NCBI GenBank assembly: GCA_964410425.1
Contig: CAYPGT010000003.1
Span: 4,874-55,081, forward strand
DNA: 50,208 nucleotides
Direction: 5' to 3'
Source of the DNA: an uncultured Gammaproteobacteria bacterium
GTDB lineage: Bacteria > Cyanobacteriota > Vampirovibrionia > LMEP-6097
A program made the position numbers and the translations under genes. Shown in pieces: positions 17,821 through 27,461 of this stretch (within the stretch, counting starts at the first letter, position 1; each line of letters begins with the position of its first letter). The notes beneath the pieces are model-generated. The model saw only the letters and a list, made by a program, of their open reading frames with translations. It did not search any database and was not told the DNA's origin.

Positions 17821-17924
17821 TTCAATCTCCTTTTTCTTCGATGAACCCAAGTCAAGCTAACCCAACTCAAGGGACCATCTGGTATTTACAGACGAAGTGG
17901 AGGGGGATTTGTTCCTCTAAAACA

Positions 17925-17950
17925 AAAGTCCCCGCTTGCGCGAGGACTTT
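17925..17950 (-). terminator. intrinsic terminator downstream of the response regulator gene
   Basis: AAAGTCCCCGC-TTGC-GCGAGGACTTT hairpin with one mismatch, followed on the minus strand by a T-rich tract (TTTTGTTTT). Confidence 0.6.
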
Positions 17951-17981
17951 CTCCCTTAAGTTATTAGTTCATTCAAAAGTT

Positions 17982-18719
17982 CTATACACCTACTGCTTGC
18001 GCGTGTTTCACGAAGCCATCAGGGATAAGTTGGTAACCGCCACCATAGACAGTCTTGATGTACTTCTTATCGCCGCTCTCGATTCTAGATCTGAGGTGAC
18101 GGATATGAACACGAATAGTGTCTACATCATCTTCTGGTGAGTAACCCCAAACTTCTTTAAGTAAAGTTCCTGGGCTTACTGTTTGACCGTGGTTTTGCAT
18201 TAAACAATGAAGTACTTCAAACTCAATTGGTGTGAGTCTTAGAATCTTGTCTTCAATCTTGATCTCACGAGATTCAGGCATAAGCGTTATGTCGCCAGCA
18301 TGAAGTATCTCCGGAATAGATTGGGCTAGGCTAATAGCACCAGATCTGCGAAGTAAAGCTCTAACTCTCACGAATAATTCAGCGAGTTCAAAAGGCTTAG
18401 TTAGGTAGTCGTCTGCTCCTGAGTCAAAACCAGTAACTTTGTCCTCTGTTCTGCTAAGTGCTGTAAGCATAAGCACAGGGACATCCTTAGTTCTGTCGTT
18501 TTGGCGAAGTCTCTGACAAGCAGTGAAACCGTCTAAATTAGGCATCATCAAGTCAAGAATGATGAGTTGAGGCGGGTTTTGTTGGATTAATGCCAGCCCG
18601 TCTATAGCGTTATCACAAGATTCTACTGAGTAGCCTTGCATCTCTAGGTTAGATGTAACCAGCTCTAGGATTGCCGGATCATCATCAATTACAAATATTT
18701 TCTGTTGGTTTTCGTTCAT
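17982..18719 (-). CDS. OmpR/PhoB-family response regulator (no cognate kinase adjacent)
   Basis: Receiver domain ([22 protein letters not shown]) plus a winged-helix trans_reg_C domain ([12 protein letters not shown]...[11 protein letters not shown]...IKTVYGGGY). Confidence 0.9.
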   Translation of the reverse strand: MNENQQKIFVIDDDPAILELVTSNLEMQGYSVESCDNAIDGLALIQQNPPQLIILDLMMPNLDGFTACQRLRQNDRTKDVPVLMLTALSRTEDKVTGFDSGADDYLTKPFELAELFVRVRALLRRSGAISLAQSIPEILHAGDITLMPESREIKIEDKILRLTPIEFEVLHCLMQNHGQTVSPGTLLKEVWGYSPEDDVDTIRVHIRHLRSRIESGDKKYIKTVYGGGYQLIPDGFVKHAQAVGV

Positions 18720-18851
18720 AGTAAAAGTTATTTTAGCAAGGAAATATTAAAAATTGCAATACATAATACAGAGATTATTAAAATTTTATCTTTCCTTAAA
18801 CATCGCATTTAGCTAAAATGGCGTCATTATTGAAGAATTGGGTCTTAGCAC

Positions 18852-19742
18852 CTAATGCGCATTCGTTTCAGTGGAGGCTTCGCCCTTGTTTTGTTTATCA
18901 GTTTTAAGAGTTTTAATGCTTGCGATGATTTCGTTGAGGTACTTGCCGACCTTGCTGCTCTTTTTCTCTGTTTTGAGTATTTGAGTATAGAACTCTTGTA
19001 TACGTTTGCGAATAGGCTCTGCAGAGGTATGGCTGGTGAGCCTGCCTTGTTCAGCCATAGATAGTTCACCTGTCTCTTCAGAGACTACTAAGCACAAGGA
19101 CTCCGTTACCTCGGTAAACCCAATAGCTGCGCGGTGTCTAGTGCCGTATTGCCAGTCTAGCTTAGGGTTTTCAGTCATCGGTAATATCACACCTGCAGCG
19201 ATAATAGTGAATCCCTTAATAGTTACAGCTCCATCGTGAAGAGGGGATTTGGGATTCAGTATACAAAGTAGTAATTCTTTACTGAGAGTAGCGTTAATAG
19301 TCTTACCAGGGTTAATGTAGTATCTCTCTACAGCAGCCTTCTCTATAGCAATTAATCCACCGAACTTATTGCGTTGCAGGGTTTCCAGCGCTTCAATGAT
19401 TTCATTGGTAGCTTCATTAATAGTCTTCTTGGATTCAGCAATGTGCAAATAGTCTACTAGAGAGAGATTGCCGCCAAGCTGCATTAGCACTCGTCTAAAC
19501 TCAGGTGCAAAAATTACAATCAAACCAATAAGAATAGTTGGTGAGAATATTTCAATTAACCTAGTAATGATGGAAAGTTTTAGCGTGTAACAAATAAGGA
19601 TTACTGGACTAAGTAAGGTTAAGCCACGAAGTACTCTCTCAGCTTGAGTTCCACGGAAACGTTTATGTACTAAGAAAATAAGCCAAGCGATCAATGCCAG
19701 CTGTAATATCACGCTAGTGATACTTAAAGGATTAAAATCCAA
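18852..19742 (-). CDS. cdaA: diadenylate cyclase CdaA (c-di-AMP synthase)
   Basis: Three N-terminal TM helices and a DisA_N domain with DGA, GTRHRAA and SEETG motifs. The listed start is TTG, so the exact start is uncertain. Confidence 0.85.
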   Translation of the reverse strand: MDFNPLSITSVILQLALIAWLIFLVHKRFRGTQAERVLRGLTLLSPVILICYTLKLSIITRLIEIFSPTILIGLIVIFAPEFRRVLMQLGGNLSLVDYLHIAESKKTINEATNEIIEALETLQRNKFGGLIAIEKAAVERYYINPGKTINATLSKELLLCILNPKSPLHDGAVTIKGFTIIAAGVILPMTENPKLDWQYGTRHRAAIGFTEVTESLCLVVSEETGELSMAEQGRLTSHTSAEPIRKRIQEFYTQILKTEKKSSKVGKYLNEIIASIKTLKTDKQNKGEASTETNAH

Positions 19743-19864
19743 GTTAAAAAACTTATAAAGAAACTCTTTAAGATCAATATAGTTTAGATTAATACTGCTG
19801 TCGTCGATAGCAAGGGCTCCTGCTTATATTATAGTTCAATATTAATTGAAGCAACTGTTAATCC

Positions 19865-19934
19865 GTCATTGCGAGCCGCAAAGCGGCGTAGCAATCCAGT
19901 CGAATGCATAATATTTATGACTGGATCCCGACGT
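19865..19934 (+). repeat. intergenic repeat family A, copy A2 (3'-truncated)
   Basis: Matches the left 70 nt of A3, including hairpin GCCGC-AAA-GCGGC. It ends exactly at the lysA stop codon. Confidence 0.85.
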
Positions 19935-21271
19935 TACTTCAAATATCCTGGTAATCTATCTTGTCTCACTATATCCTCAAGACTCTCACCTTCGATAATG
20001 ACATGCGCTTCACCATTACGCACTAGAACCATCGTGGGTTTAGTAGCACGATTATAGTTGGATGCCATGCTGTAGTTATAAGCACCAGTAGAGTAGACTG
20101 CAAGTAGATCTCCAGTCTTAGCTTTAGGAAGTTTGATGTCCTTAATGAGTACATCTCCAGATTCGCAATATTTACCTGCAACAGTTACTAGCTCTAGATC
20201 AGTTGCGTTGACCTTGCCGTCTAGCTCAGCGGTATAGCGAGCCTGGTACATGATAGGTCTCACGTTGTCAGCCATGCCACCATCTATCGCTAAATATTTA
20301 CGAATACCCGGTATGTCCTTAATATTGCCTATCCTATATATCGTTAGCCCAGCCGGTCCCACCATACTTCTACCCGGTTCTGTAAGAATGCGTGGTAGCT
20401 TTAAGCCAAGTTCTTTACAGTTAGCCTTAACTGCTTCAGTGATGATCTGTACCCAATCTTCTATTTCAGGAGGATCATCGGTCTCAGTGTATTTGATTCC
20501 TAATCCACCACCGACATTGATATCAAGGAATTCCATTCCAAATTTATCTTTGATTTTTTTATAAGCAGTCAGTAAAACTTTGCAAGTATCTTTGTGTGGA
20601 ATCGTTTCAAAGATTTGTGAACCGATATGGGCATGTAATCCGAGAATGTGGATATTCTTGCTAATCGCTAGAACCTTCTCTATGACAGTCTCTACTTCTT
20701 CTAAGTTGAAGCCAAACTTAGAATCAATGCTTCCAGTTTTAATGTAATCGTGAGTGTGACATTCTATGCCAGGGGTGATACGAATAATAATTTCTACTTT
20801 AGCTTGCAAGCTCTTGTTTAAATAGTTTTCAATATTTTGTAGGTCATAGTAATTGTCCAATATTATGGTTACATTGTTTTCTATTGCCATCGCAATCTCT
20901 TGGGGGCTTTTATTATTGCCATGAAATATTATTCTTTCAGTTGGAAATTTGGCTGCAAGAGCGGTGTGTAATTCACCGGCACTGACTACATCTATTCCTA
21001 AACCTTCCTGCTCCATGATCTTGCAGAGAGCCATACAATTCAGAGCCTTGCTGGCATAGATCACCAAGTGATTTGGGTAATGTTTCTGGAAGGCTCGAGT
21101 ATAAGCCTGTGCGCGTTTACGAATAGTCTCTTCGCAGAGTATATATAAAGGTGTACCGAACTTTTGTGCTAAATCTTTAAGCTTAATATTAGCGATAGAA
21201 ATCTCTGCTTTATCATTGATTTGATAAGTGATAGGTCTTATTTGATTTAAGCGGGATTGCGTCATAGGCAT
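19934..21271 (-). CDS. lysA: diaminopimelate decarboxylase
   Basis: PLP-dependent Orn/DAP/Arg decarboxylase pattern (YASKA, HAHIGSQI, GGGLGI, CESGD). Confidence 0.9.
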   Translation of the reverse strand: MPMTQSRLNQIRPITYQINDKAEISIANIKLKDLAQKFGTPLYILCEETIRKRAQAYTRAFQKHYPNHLVIYASKALNCMALCKIMEQEGLGIDVVSAGELHTALAAKFPTERIIFHGNNKSPQEIAMAIENNVTIILDNYYDLQNIENYLNKSLQAKVEIIIRITPGIECHTHDYIKTGSIDSKFGFNLEEVETVIEKVLAISKNIHILGLHAHIGSQIFETIPHKDTCKVLLTAYKKIKDKFGMEFLDINVGGGLGIKYTETDDPPEIEDWVQIITEAVKANCKELGLKLPRILTEPGRSMVGPAGLTIYRIGNIKDIPGIRKYLAIDGGMADNVRPIMYQARYTAELDGKVNATDLELVTVAGKYCESGDVLIKDIKLPKAKTGDLLAVYSTGAYNYSMASNYNRATKPTMVLVRNGEAHVIIEGESLEDIVRQDRLPGYLK

Positions 21272-21335
21272 GGCTGAAATATTAGCATTTAAGCTACCAT
21301 TCGAGCTATAGCTGCTAAAATTCTATTTGATTAAA

Positions 21336-22958
21336 ATGAAAATCGCACTTGCACAAATTAATCCTATAGTCGGAGCCATAGAGCATAACTTTAAGCTTAT
21401 TCTTAAGCAAGTTGAAACTGCTAAAAAAAGCAAAGCTAACTTAATTGTGTTTCCCGAACTTTCTATGCTTGGTTATCCTCCCAAGGATTTGATACTTAAG
21501 CATGGTCTCATAGAATTGCAAGATCATTATATTAAAGAACTCGCTCTATATAGCGACAAGGATTTTGGAATTATTGTTGGAGGTATCTCTCTGAATGGTG
21601 GCTTTGGTAAGAAGTTTCATAATTCACTTTTTTGTTTAGTTGAAGGACAGTTAGCTCAAACTGCTCATAAAACTTTATTACCTAGTTACGATGTCTTTGA
21701 TGAATGGCGTTATTTCGAACCTGCTAAAGAAGTGACGGTCTGGGAGTTTCAGGGTCTGAAGCTTGGGCTTAGTATTTGTGAAGATATTTGGATAGAAGCT
21801 TATCCTAATCTTTATAACCGTAATCCTATAGAAGACCTTATTGCCAAGAAAGCAGACCTGGTGATTAATGCTTCTGCTTCTCCTTATAGCTATGGTAAGG
21901 CTAAGATTCGTGAAACGCTTATGAAGACCTTGATTGCAAGGTATAAGATTCCTGTCGTTTATGTCAATCAAGTTGGTGCTAATGATCAACTGATATTCGA
22001 TGGTGCTTCTATGGTTCTGGATAGTCAAGGAAGTCTAATCGTTAAAGCTAAACAATTCTCCCCAGATCTAATCTATGTTGATAGTGACTTGTTGAATAAT
22101 AAAAATACCGACATAGCTTATCCTGAAGCTAATATTTCTGAAATAGAAGCTGCTCTAGTCCTTGGATTGAAAGACTACGTAGAGAAATGCGGTTTCTCAA
22201 CTGTAGTATTAGGTCTCTCTGGAGGCGTAGATTCGGCTCTGGTAGCGTATTTAGCGAAGGAAGCCCTGGGAGCTAAGAATGTTTATGCCTATATGCTGCC
22301 TTCTGAGTTTACTAGTGAAGAGAGTTTAGCGGATGCTAAGCAGCTGGCTAATAACTTGGGTATCCATTATGAAATTATTGCGATTAAAGATCTGCATCAT
22401 GATATGCGTAAATTGATGCCGAGTCTAACTGCATTAGCTGATGAGAATTTGCAGCCAAGAATTAGAGCTAATATTCTCATGGCAAAAGCTAATTCCTTAA
22501 ACGCTATGTTGCTTGCTACTAGTAATAAGTCGGAGATTGCTGTGGGTTATTCTACGCTTTATGGTGATAGCTGTGGTGCTATTGCTGTGATTGGTGATTT
22601 GCTGAAGACTAGAGTTTATGAGTTGGTAAATTATATCAATAGAGAGCAGAAGATCATCCCGCAGAATATTGTAGACAAGGCTCCTAGCGCTGAATTGAGA
22701 CATGATCAGAAAGATAGTGATTCGCTTCCTGATTATGAAGTCTTGGATCAGATTATTAAGCTCTATGTCGAAGACCTTAAATCGTTGAAGGAGATTATCG
22801 ATCTAGGTTTTGATACTACTTTGGTCAAGAATGTTCTTAATATGATAGATAGAGCAGAATATAAGCGTCAACAATCACCACCAATACTTAAAGTTGCTAC
22901 TAAAGCTTTTGGCGTAGGCAGAAGGATGCCCATGGCGCAAGGTTTTAGACATAAGTAA
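21336..22958 (+). CDS. nadE: glutamine-dependent NAD+ synthetase
   Basis: N-terminal CN-hydrolase domain (FPELSMLGY, CEDIW) and C-terminal NAD synthase domain (SGGVDS P-loop). I prefer the ATG at 21336 (MKIALAQINP) to the TTG at 21327. Confidence 0.9.
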   Translation: MKIALAQINPIVGAIEHNFKLILKQVETAKKSKANLIVFPELSMLGYPPKDLILKHGLIELQDHYIKELALYSDKDFGIIVGGISLNGGFGKKFHNSLFCLVEGQLAQTAHKTLLPSYDVFDEWRYFEPAKEVTVWEFQGLKLGLSICEDIWIEAYPNLYNRNPIEDLIAKKADLVINASASPYSYGKAKIRETLMKTLIARYKIPVVYVNQVGANDQLIFDGASMVLDSQGSLIVKAKQFSPDLIYVDSDLLNNKNTDIAYPEANISEIEAALVLGLKDYVEKCGFSTVVLGLSGGVDSALVAYLAKEALGAKNVYAYMLPSEFTSEESLADAKQLANNLGIHYEIIAIKDLHHDMRKLMPSLTALADENLQPRIRANILMAKANSLNAMLLATSNKSEIAVGYSTLYGDSCGAIAVIGDLLKTRVYELVNYINREQKIIPQNIVDKAPSAELRHDQKDSDSLPDYEVLDQIIKLYVEDLKSLKEIIDLGFDTTLVKNVLNMIDRAEYKRQQSPPILKVATKAFGVGRRMPMAQGFRHK

Positions 22959-22973
22959 ATTTGTCATCATGCT

Positions 22974-23101
22974 GAGCCCAGATTAATTCGACATCTGAAC
23001 AGGCTGAGCAATAGACGAGAGTTGTCTCTCTTTGTGAACGTAAGTGAACAAAGAGAGACCTCGAGTCCTGCGAAGCTTGCTAGTCGAATTAATCTGGGCT
23101 C
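22974..23101 (+). repeat. intergenic repeat family B, copy B2
   Basis: Perfect 19-bp inverted repeat (22974-22992 / 23083-23101) around a core nearly identical to that of B1. Confidence 0.9.
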
Positions 23102-23137
23102 CCTAGTCCAAATGCATAATGCTAAAATTAACTATAC

Positions 23138-24709
23138 ATGCAAAAAGTTTTATTGTTAATTTTAGATGGTTGGGGCTATAGCAGTATAGATAAGGGTAAT
23201 GCTATTAAAGCAGCCAAGCTACCTTTCTACAATAGTCTCATCCAAACATATCCACACACCTTACTTAATGCCAGTGGTGTCTATGTCGGTTTGCCAGAGG
23301 GGATTATGGGTAACTCTGAAGTGGGTCACGAGAATATTGGTGCAGGTAGGATTAATAAACAAAAGCTCACCATGATCTCAGATATGGTGAAGACTGGTGA
23401 GTTCTTTGAGAATCAAGCTTTGAAGGATGCTTTTGATCATGCGATAGAAAACAATTCTAAAGTGCATTTCATGGGATTAATCTCCGAAGGAGATGTGCAT
23501 GCACATTTGGGGCATTTAGATGCTTTGATAGAGTTTGCTAAGCGTAAAGGTCTATCTAGTGATCAAGTTTATCTGCATGCCATTAGTGATGGACGTGATG
23601 ATCCACCTTATGTGGCTGAACATTTAATGCAACGCTATATGCCTAAGATTAATATCGCGACGGTCTGTGGGCGCTATTGGGCAATGGATAGAGACAATAA
23701 TTGGGATAGAGTGGAGAAGTACTTTCAGTGCGTCACTCAAGGTATTGGAGAGCGTGCTCAGACTGCTGCTCAAGCTATAACTCAGGGTTATGCTTATGCT
23801 AAAGCTGGTAAGAATACTACTGGCGACTCAGACGAGTTTATTATGCCGACGCTAATTGATGAGCGTGGTTTGATTAGGGATAATGATTCGGTGATATTTT
23901 TTAATTTTCGTCCAGATCGCGCTAAAGAGATCTCTAAAAGATTAGGTTTAGATAGTGGTTTGAAGAATTTTCATTATACTTGCTTCGCTGAGTATAACCA
24001 TGAATTTGGCTTGCCGATTGCTTTTACGCATGATACCTTACCTAAGCAGGATTATTCTGTGAACCTTGGAGAGCTGGTCTCGTCAGCTGGTATGAATCAA
24101 TTCAGAGTTGCAGAGACTGAGAAATATAATCATGTGACTAATTTCTTTAATTCTAGTCGCAAGGAGCCTTATCCACACGAGGATAGATGTTTGGTGCCAA
24201 GCCCGAAGGTAGCTACTTATGACTTGCAGCCAGAGATGAGTCTCCCCGGTGTTACTGACAAGTTACTAGAAGCTATGGCTAATAGTGAGAAGGATTATAA
24301 ACTAATCGTTTGTAATTTTGCTAACCCAGATATGGTAGGACATACGGGTATTTGGAGTGCTGTGATTACAGCGTTAGAAGCTATCGATAAATCACTTGAA
24401 AGAGTTATTAAGCAAGCTAAGGAGACTGGTTATGTGGTGATGCTTACTGCCGATCATGGTAATGCTGATCAAATGGTAGAAAGCGATGGTAGTGTGAGAA
24501 CTGCTCACAGCTGTAATCCAGTACCCTTCATTATAATTAATTCTCAGACTGATGTTAAGCTACGTGCACCTTGTGCTAATCCTCAAGATCTGGATGCTAG
24601 TCTTAGCCTCGCGAATATAGCGCCTACTGTTTGTCAGTATTTGGGATTAGAACAACCTAAGCAAATGAAATCTAGGAGCTTGCTTGAGTTCGTGAAAGTT
24701 TCTGCTTAA
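23138..24709 (+). CDS. gpmI: 2,3-bisphosphoglycerate-independent phosphoglycerate mutase
   Basis: LLILDGWG, GNSEVGH, SDGRDD, PDMVGHTG and ADHGN motifs along the full length. Confidence 0.9.
   Translation: MQKVLLLILDGWGYSSIDKGNAIKAAKLPFYNSLIQTYPHTLLNASGVYVGLPEGIMGNSEVGHENIGAGRINKQKLTMISDMVKTGEFFENQALKDAFDHAIENNSKVHFMGLISEGDVHAHLGHLDALIEFAKRKGLSSDQVYLHAISDGRDDPPYVAEHLMQRYMPKINIATVCGRYWAMDRDNNWDRVEKYFQCVTQGIGERAQTAAQAITQGYAYAKAGKNTTGDSDEFIMPTLIDERGLIRDNDSVIFFNFRPDRAKEISKRLGLDSGLKNFHYTCFAEYNHEFGLPIAFTHDTLPKQDYSVNLGELVSSAGMNQFRVAETEKYNHVTNFFNSSRKEPYPHEDRCLVPSPKVATYDLQPEMSLPGVTDKLLEAMANSEKDYKLIVCNFANPDMVGHTGIWSAVITALEAIDKSLERVIKQAKETGYVVMLTADHGNADQMVESDGSVRTAHSCNPVPFIIINSQTDVKLRAPCANPQDLDASLSLANIAPTVCQYLGLEQPKQMKSRSLLEFVKVSA
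24660..24709 (+). repeat. direct repeat DR-L (last 50 bp of gpmI)
   Basis: 47 of 50 positions identical to 25754-25803. Confidence 0.9.
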
Positions 24710-24796
24710 TTGATTGAGCTTGATAGTATTGTCTGATAGTATCAAATGATACTATTATTGGCATAAAATTAGGGCTTTTCGGGTATAATTAATTAG

Positions 24797-25762
24797 GTGA
24801 AGCCCCCTTATACTATTAATAATAGAATTGTTTCTTTAGTAGCTCAAATCGAGAATTTATTGGGGCGTATTAGTGGTTTAATAGCAAGCCCTAAACTTAG
24901 CCTTGAGCTTAGACGTCAAAATCGTATACGCAGTATTCAGGCTAGCCTTTCTATTGAGGGAAATAGTTTGGATATAGATACAGTAGCTAATATCATTGAT
25001 GGTAAGAAAGTTCTAGCATCTAAGCAGGAAGTACAGGAAGTTGTTAATGCAATTAAAGCATATGATTCACTGCTGGAGCTTAAATCAGATTCACTAAAAT
25101 CCTTGTTAAAAGCTCATTCGCTAATGATGCATGGATTGATTAATAATTCAGGAAAGTACCGTGATCAAAATATAGGAATCTATAAAGGTACTAAAGCTGT
25201 GCATTTTGCACCTCAGCCCAAGATGCTTCCAAAGTTAATGGAAGGATTGTTTGAATATCTCAAGGTTGATGAAGAGCACCCGTTAATTAAGAGTTCTGTT
25301 TTTCATTATGAGTTTGAATTTATACATCCGTTTAGTGATGGTAATGGTAGGATGGGTAGGCTTTGGCAAACCCTTATATTGACTGAGTTTAATGTGATTT
25401 TTGAATATTTGCCAATAGAATCTCTTATCAAAGTGAAACAAGCTAAATATTATCAAGTACTTGGTGCCTGCGATAAAGCTGGAGATTCTACGCAATTTAT
25501 AGAGTTTATGCTTGGCATAATTTTAGAAGTATTAGAAGATTATTCACGTGAATATAAAGTTACACAGATGGGCTTTGAAGAAAGAATTGCTTATGCTAGA
25601 GAAACTTTCTTGGATATGGAATTTAGTCGTAAACAATATATTGATTTACTTAGAACTATATCTGCAGCAACAGCAAGTAGAGATTTGATGGAAGCCGTGA
25701 AATTAAAGAAACTCAAAAAAATCGGTAAAAATAATCAAAGCAAATATAAATTTAGCAAATGA
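24797..25762 (+). CDS. fic: Fic-family protein (class II autoinhibited AMPylase type)
   Basis: Canonical HPFSDGNGRMGR motif at 25325-25360. N-terminal inhibitory-helix motif SLSIEG fits (S/T)xxxE(G/N). C-terminal wHTH-like tail. GTG start. Confidence 0.85.
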   Translation: MKPPYTINNRIVSLVAQIENLLGRISGLIASPKLSLELRRQNRIRSIQASLSIEGNSLDIDTVANIIDGKKVLASKQEVQEVVNAIKAYDSLLELKSDSLKSLLKAHSLMMHGLINNSGKYRDQNIGIYKGTKAVHFAPQPKMLPKLMEGLFEYLKVDEEHPLIKSSVFHYEFEFIHPFSDGNGRMGRLWQTLILTEFNVIFEYLPIESLIKVKQAKYYQVLGACDKAGDSTQFIEFMLGIILEVLEDYSREYKVTQMGFEERIAYARETFLDMEFSRKQYIDLLRTISAATASRDLMEAVKLKKLKKIGKNNQSKYKFSK

Positions 25763-25803
25763 AATCTAGGAGCTTGCTTGAATCTGTGAAAGTTTCTGCT
25801 TAA
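25754..25803 (+). repeat. direct repeat DR-R (duplicate of the gpmI 3' end)
   Basis: 47 of 50 positions identical to 24660-24709. It contains the fic stop codon. Confidence 0.9.
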
Positions 25804-25804
25804 A

Positions 25805-26338
25805 CTAAGCTGCTTCAGCAGTGGCTTCTGCTCGACTTTGATTCTCGTTAGAGACGAACAATGCTTGAGCTAATTCACCAAGAGTTGTATTTTCGGTTTT
25901 GAGTTTTACTAAAGCTTCTGTTGTTTCAGGTAAGCCAGTTGATTCTGCTATATATCCAATGAATCGATTATTCATTTTTTTGAGAGACCCTTGACTAGAT
26001 ATTCCATTCCAAGTATTTCCTGAAATAGGTCCTACTATGTAACTATCATCTGAAAAGTAAGTTTTCTTTCTTCCTGCGGCTTGAGCTGCAGCTTGAGAAA
26101 TATAATCTCTTATAGTTTCTAATGTTAGTTTTTTTGGAGATGGTGCTTGTGTTGGTTCAGCTTTACACAGAGTTACATGTGACTCTCTACCAAAAGTGGA
26201 TGGATAGAGTTGAGCCGCTGTAAAATCAGTTTCTTGCCTTAAATCTAAAAATTGAGGACCATCAGCTTCTGCAAAGGTTAGGCTTCTAAGAAAAGACGGT
26301 CCGCTTAAAGAATCTCCAATTAATTCTGGCAAGTTCAT
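25805..26338 (-). CDS. hypothetical protein (177 aa)
   Basis: ORF only; no motif recognised. Confidence 0.45.
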   Translation of the reverse strand: MNLPELIGDSLSGPSFLRSLTFAEADGPQFLDLRQETDFTAAQLYPSTFGRESHVTLCKAEPTQAPSPKKLTLETIRDYISQAAAQAAGRKKTYFSDDSYIVGPISGNTWNGISSQGSLKKMNNRFIGYIAESTGLPETTEALVKLKTENTTLGELAQALFVSNENQSRAEATAEAA

Positions 26339-26367
26339 AGATATTATTTATAGCAAATAATACCCTG

Positions 26368-27375
26368 TTAAATCAACCCTTCCTCAGTAAATATCGCTTC
26401 TATAAGCTCTCTAGGTGTCACATCAAATCCAGGATTAACGAAACACACTCCAGTAGCGGCAGTGCAGGATTCTCCATTGATATGTGAGACCTCCGAGCTA
26501 TCACGCTCTTCGATAATGATCTGGTCACCAGACTTAAGTGATCTATCTATAGTGCTCTCTGGAGCTGCGATATAGAAGGGTATATGGTGATATTTCGCTT
26601 GTATCGCTAAACCATAGGTGCCTATCTTGTTTGCTGCATCACCGTTAGCAGTAATGCGATCAGCACCGGTGATGACTAGATCGATTAAGCCTTGCTTCAT
26701 TAAGTGAGCCACCATGTTATCGGTGTTAAGAGTCACAGGGATACCTTCATTAGCGAGTTCCCAAACAGTTAATCTTGCTCCTTGTTGGCGCGGACGAGTT
26801 TCATCTGCGTAAACCATCTCTACTAAACCTTCTTCATGAAGAGTACGAATCACTCCTAGAGCGGTTCCGTAACCTCCAGTAGCTAATGCTCCAGCATTGC
26901 AATGCGTAAGTATTCTGAGCTTCTTCCCTATTCCAAATTTATTTTTTATATAGTCGGCTCCTACTTTAGACATAGCCTTACAGCGAGCTATATCATCTTC
27001 TAGTATCCAATGAGCTTTAACTAAAATTTCTTCGTAGCTTCTTAAGCCTTGAACTTGATCTAAAGCCCACATGAGATTCACAGCAGTTGGTCTAGTGGAT
27101 CTAAGTAGTAAATCTGCCTTCTCTAAGTCGTAACCTTGCTTGGCGGCGAGTGCCATACCGTAAGCAGCAGCGATACCTATCAGAGGCGCGCCTCTCAGCG
27201 TCATATTCTTAATGGCTTCTGCCATAGCTTCAACATTAGTTATTTCTACTAATTTAAGCTGATAGGGTAATAATCTTTGGTCAATTAATTTAACGCTTTC
27301 AGCCAGTTCATCCCAAGCTAAAGGCTTTAACTCAGTACTTGGTGGTGAAACTTTTGCTCTTAGCTGGCTTGTCAT
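26368..27375 (-). CDS. mtnA: S-methyl-5-thioribose-1-phosphate isomerase (eIF-2B alpha/beta/delta family)
   Basis: Full-length pattern LRGAPLIGIAAAYG, THCNAGALAT, ADETRPRQQGARLT, GADRI..NGD.ANKIGTY. Confidence 0.85.
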   Translation of the reverse strand: MTSQLRAKVSPPSTELKPLAWDELAESVKLIDQRLLPYQLKLVEITNVEAMAEAIKNMTLRGAPLIGIAAAYGMALAAKQGYDLEKADLLLRSTRPTAVNLMWALDQVQGLRSYEEILVKAHWILEDDIARCKAMSKVGADYIKNKFGIGKKLRILTHCNAGALATGGYGTALGVIRTLHEEGLVEMVYADETRPRQQGARLTVWELANEGIPVTLNTDNMVAHLMKQGLIDLVITGADRITANGDAANKIGTYGLAIQAKYHHIPFYIAAPESTIDRSLKSGDQIIIEERDSSEVSHINGESCTAATGVCFVNPGFDVTPRELIEAIFTEEGLI

Positions 27376-27461
27376 AAACTAGCTTTACATTATATCAGAT
27401 ACATTCATATTTGCTTAAAAAAACGCATTCGAGTGCTAATAACAGTTAAAATCTTAAAACC

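Noticed and set aside
17501-18140. 119-aa and 99-aa plus-strand ORFs opposite the glycine-zipper gene and the response regulator
   Set aside because: The P/T-rich translation is the mirror image of the G-rich gene on the other strand, and the second ORF overlaps a terminator and the regulator's 3' end.
19869-20057. A 62-aa ORF starting inside repeat A2 (and similarly the 104-aa ORF at 44382-44696 across repeat A3)
   Set aside because: These reading frames are created by the repeat element itself and by antisense of lysA or the mrdA end. They are recurring repeat-derived pseudo-ORFs.
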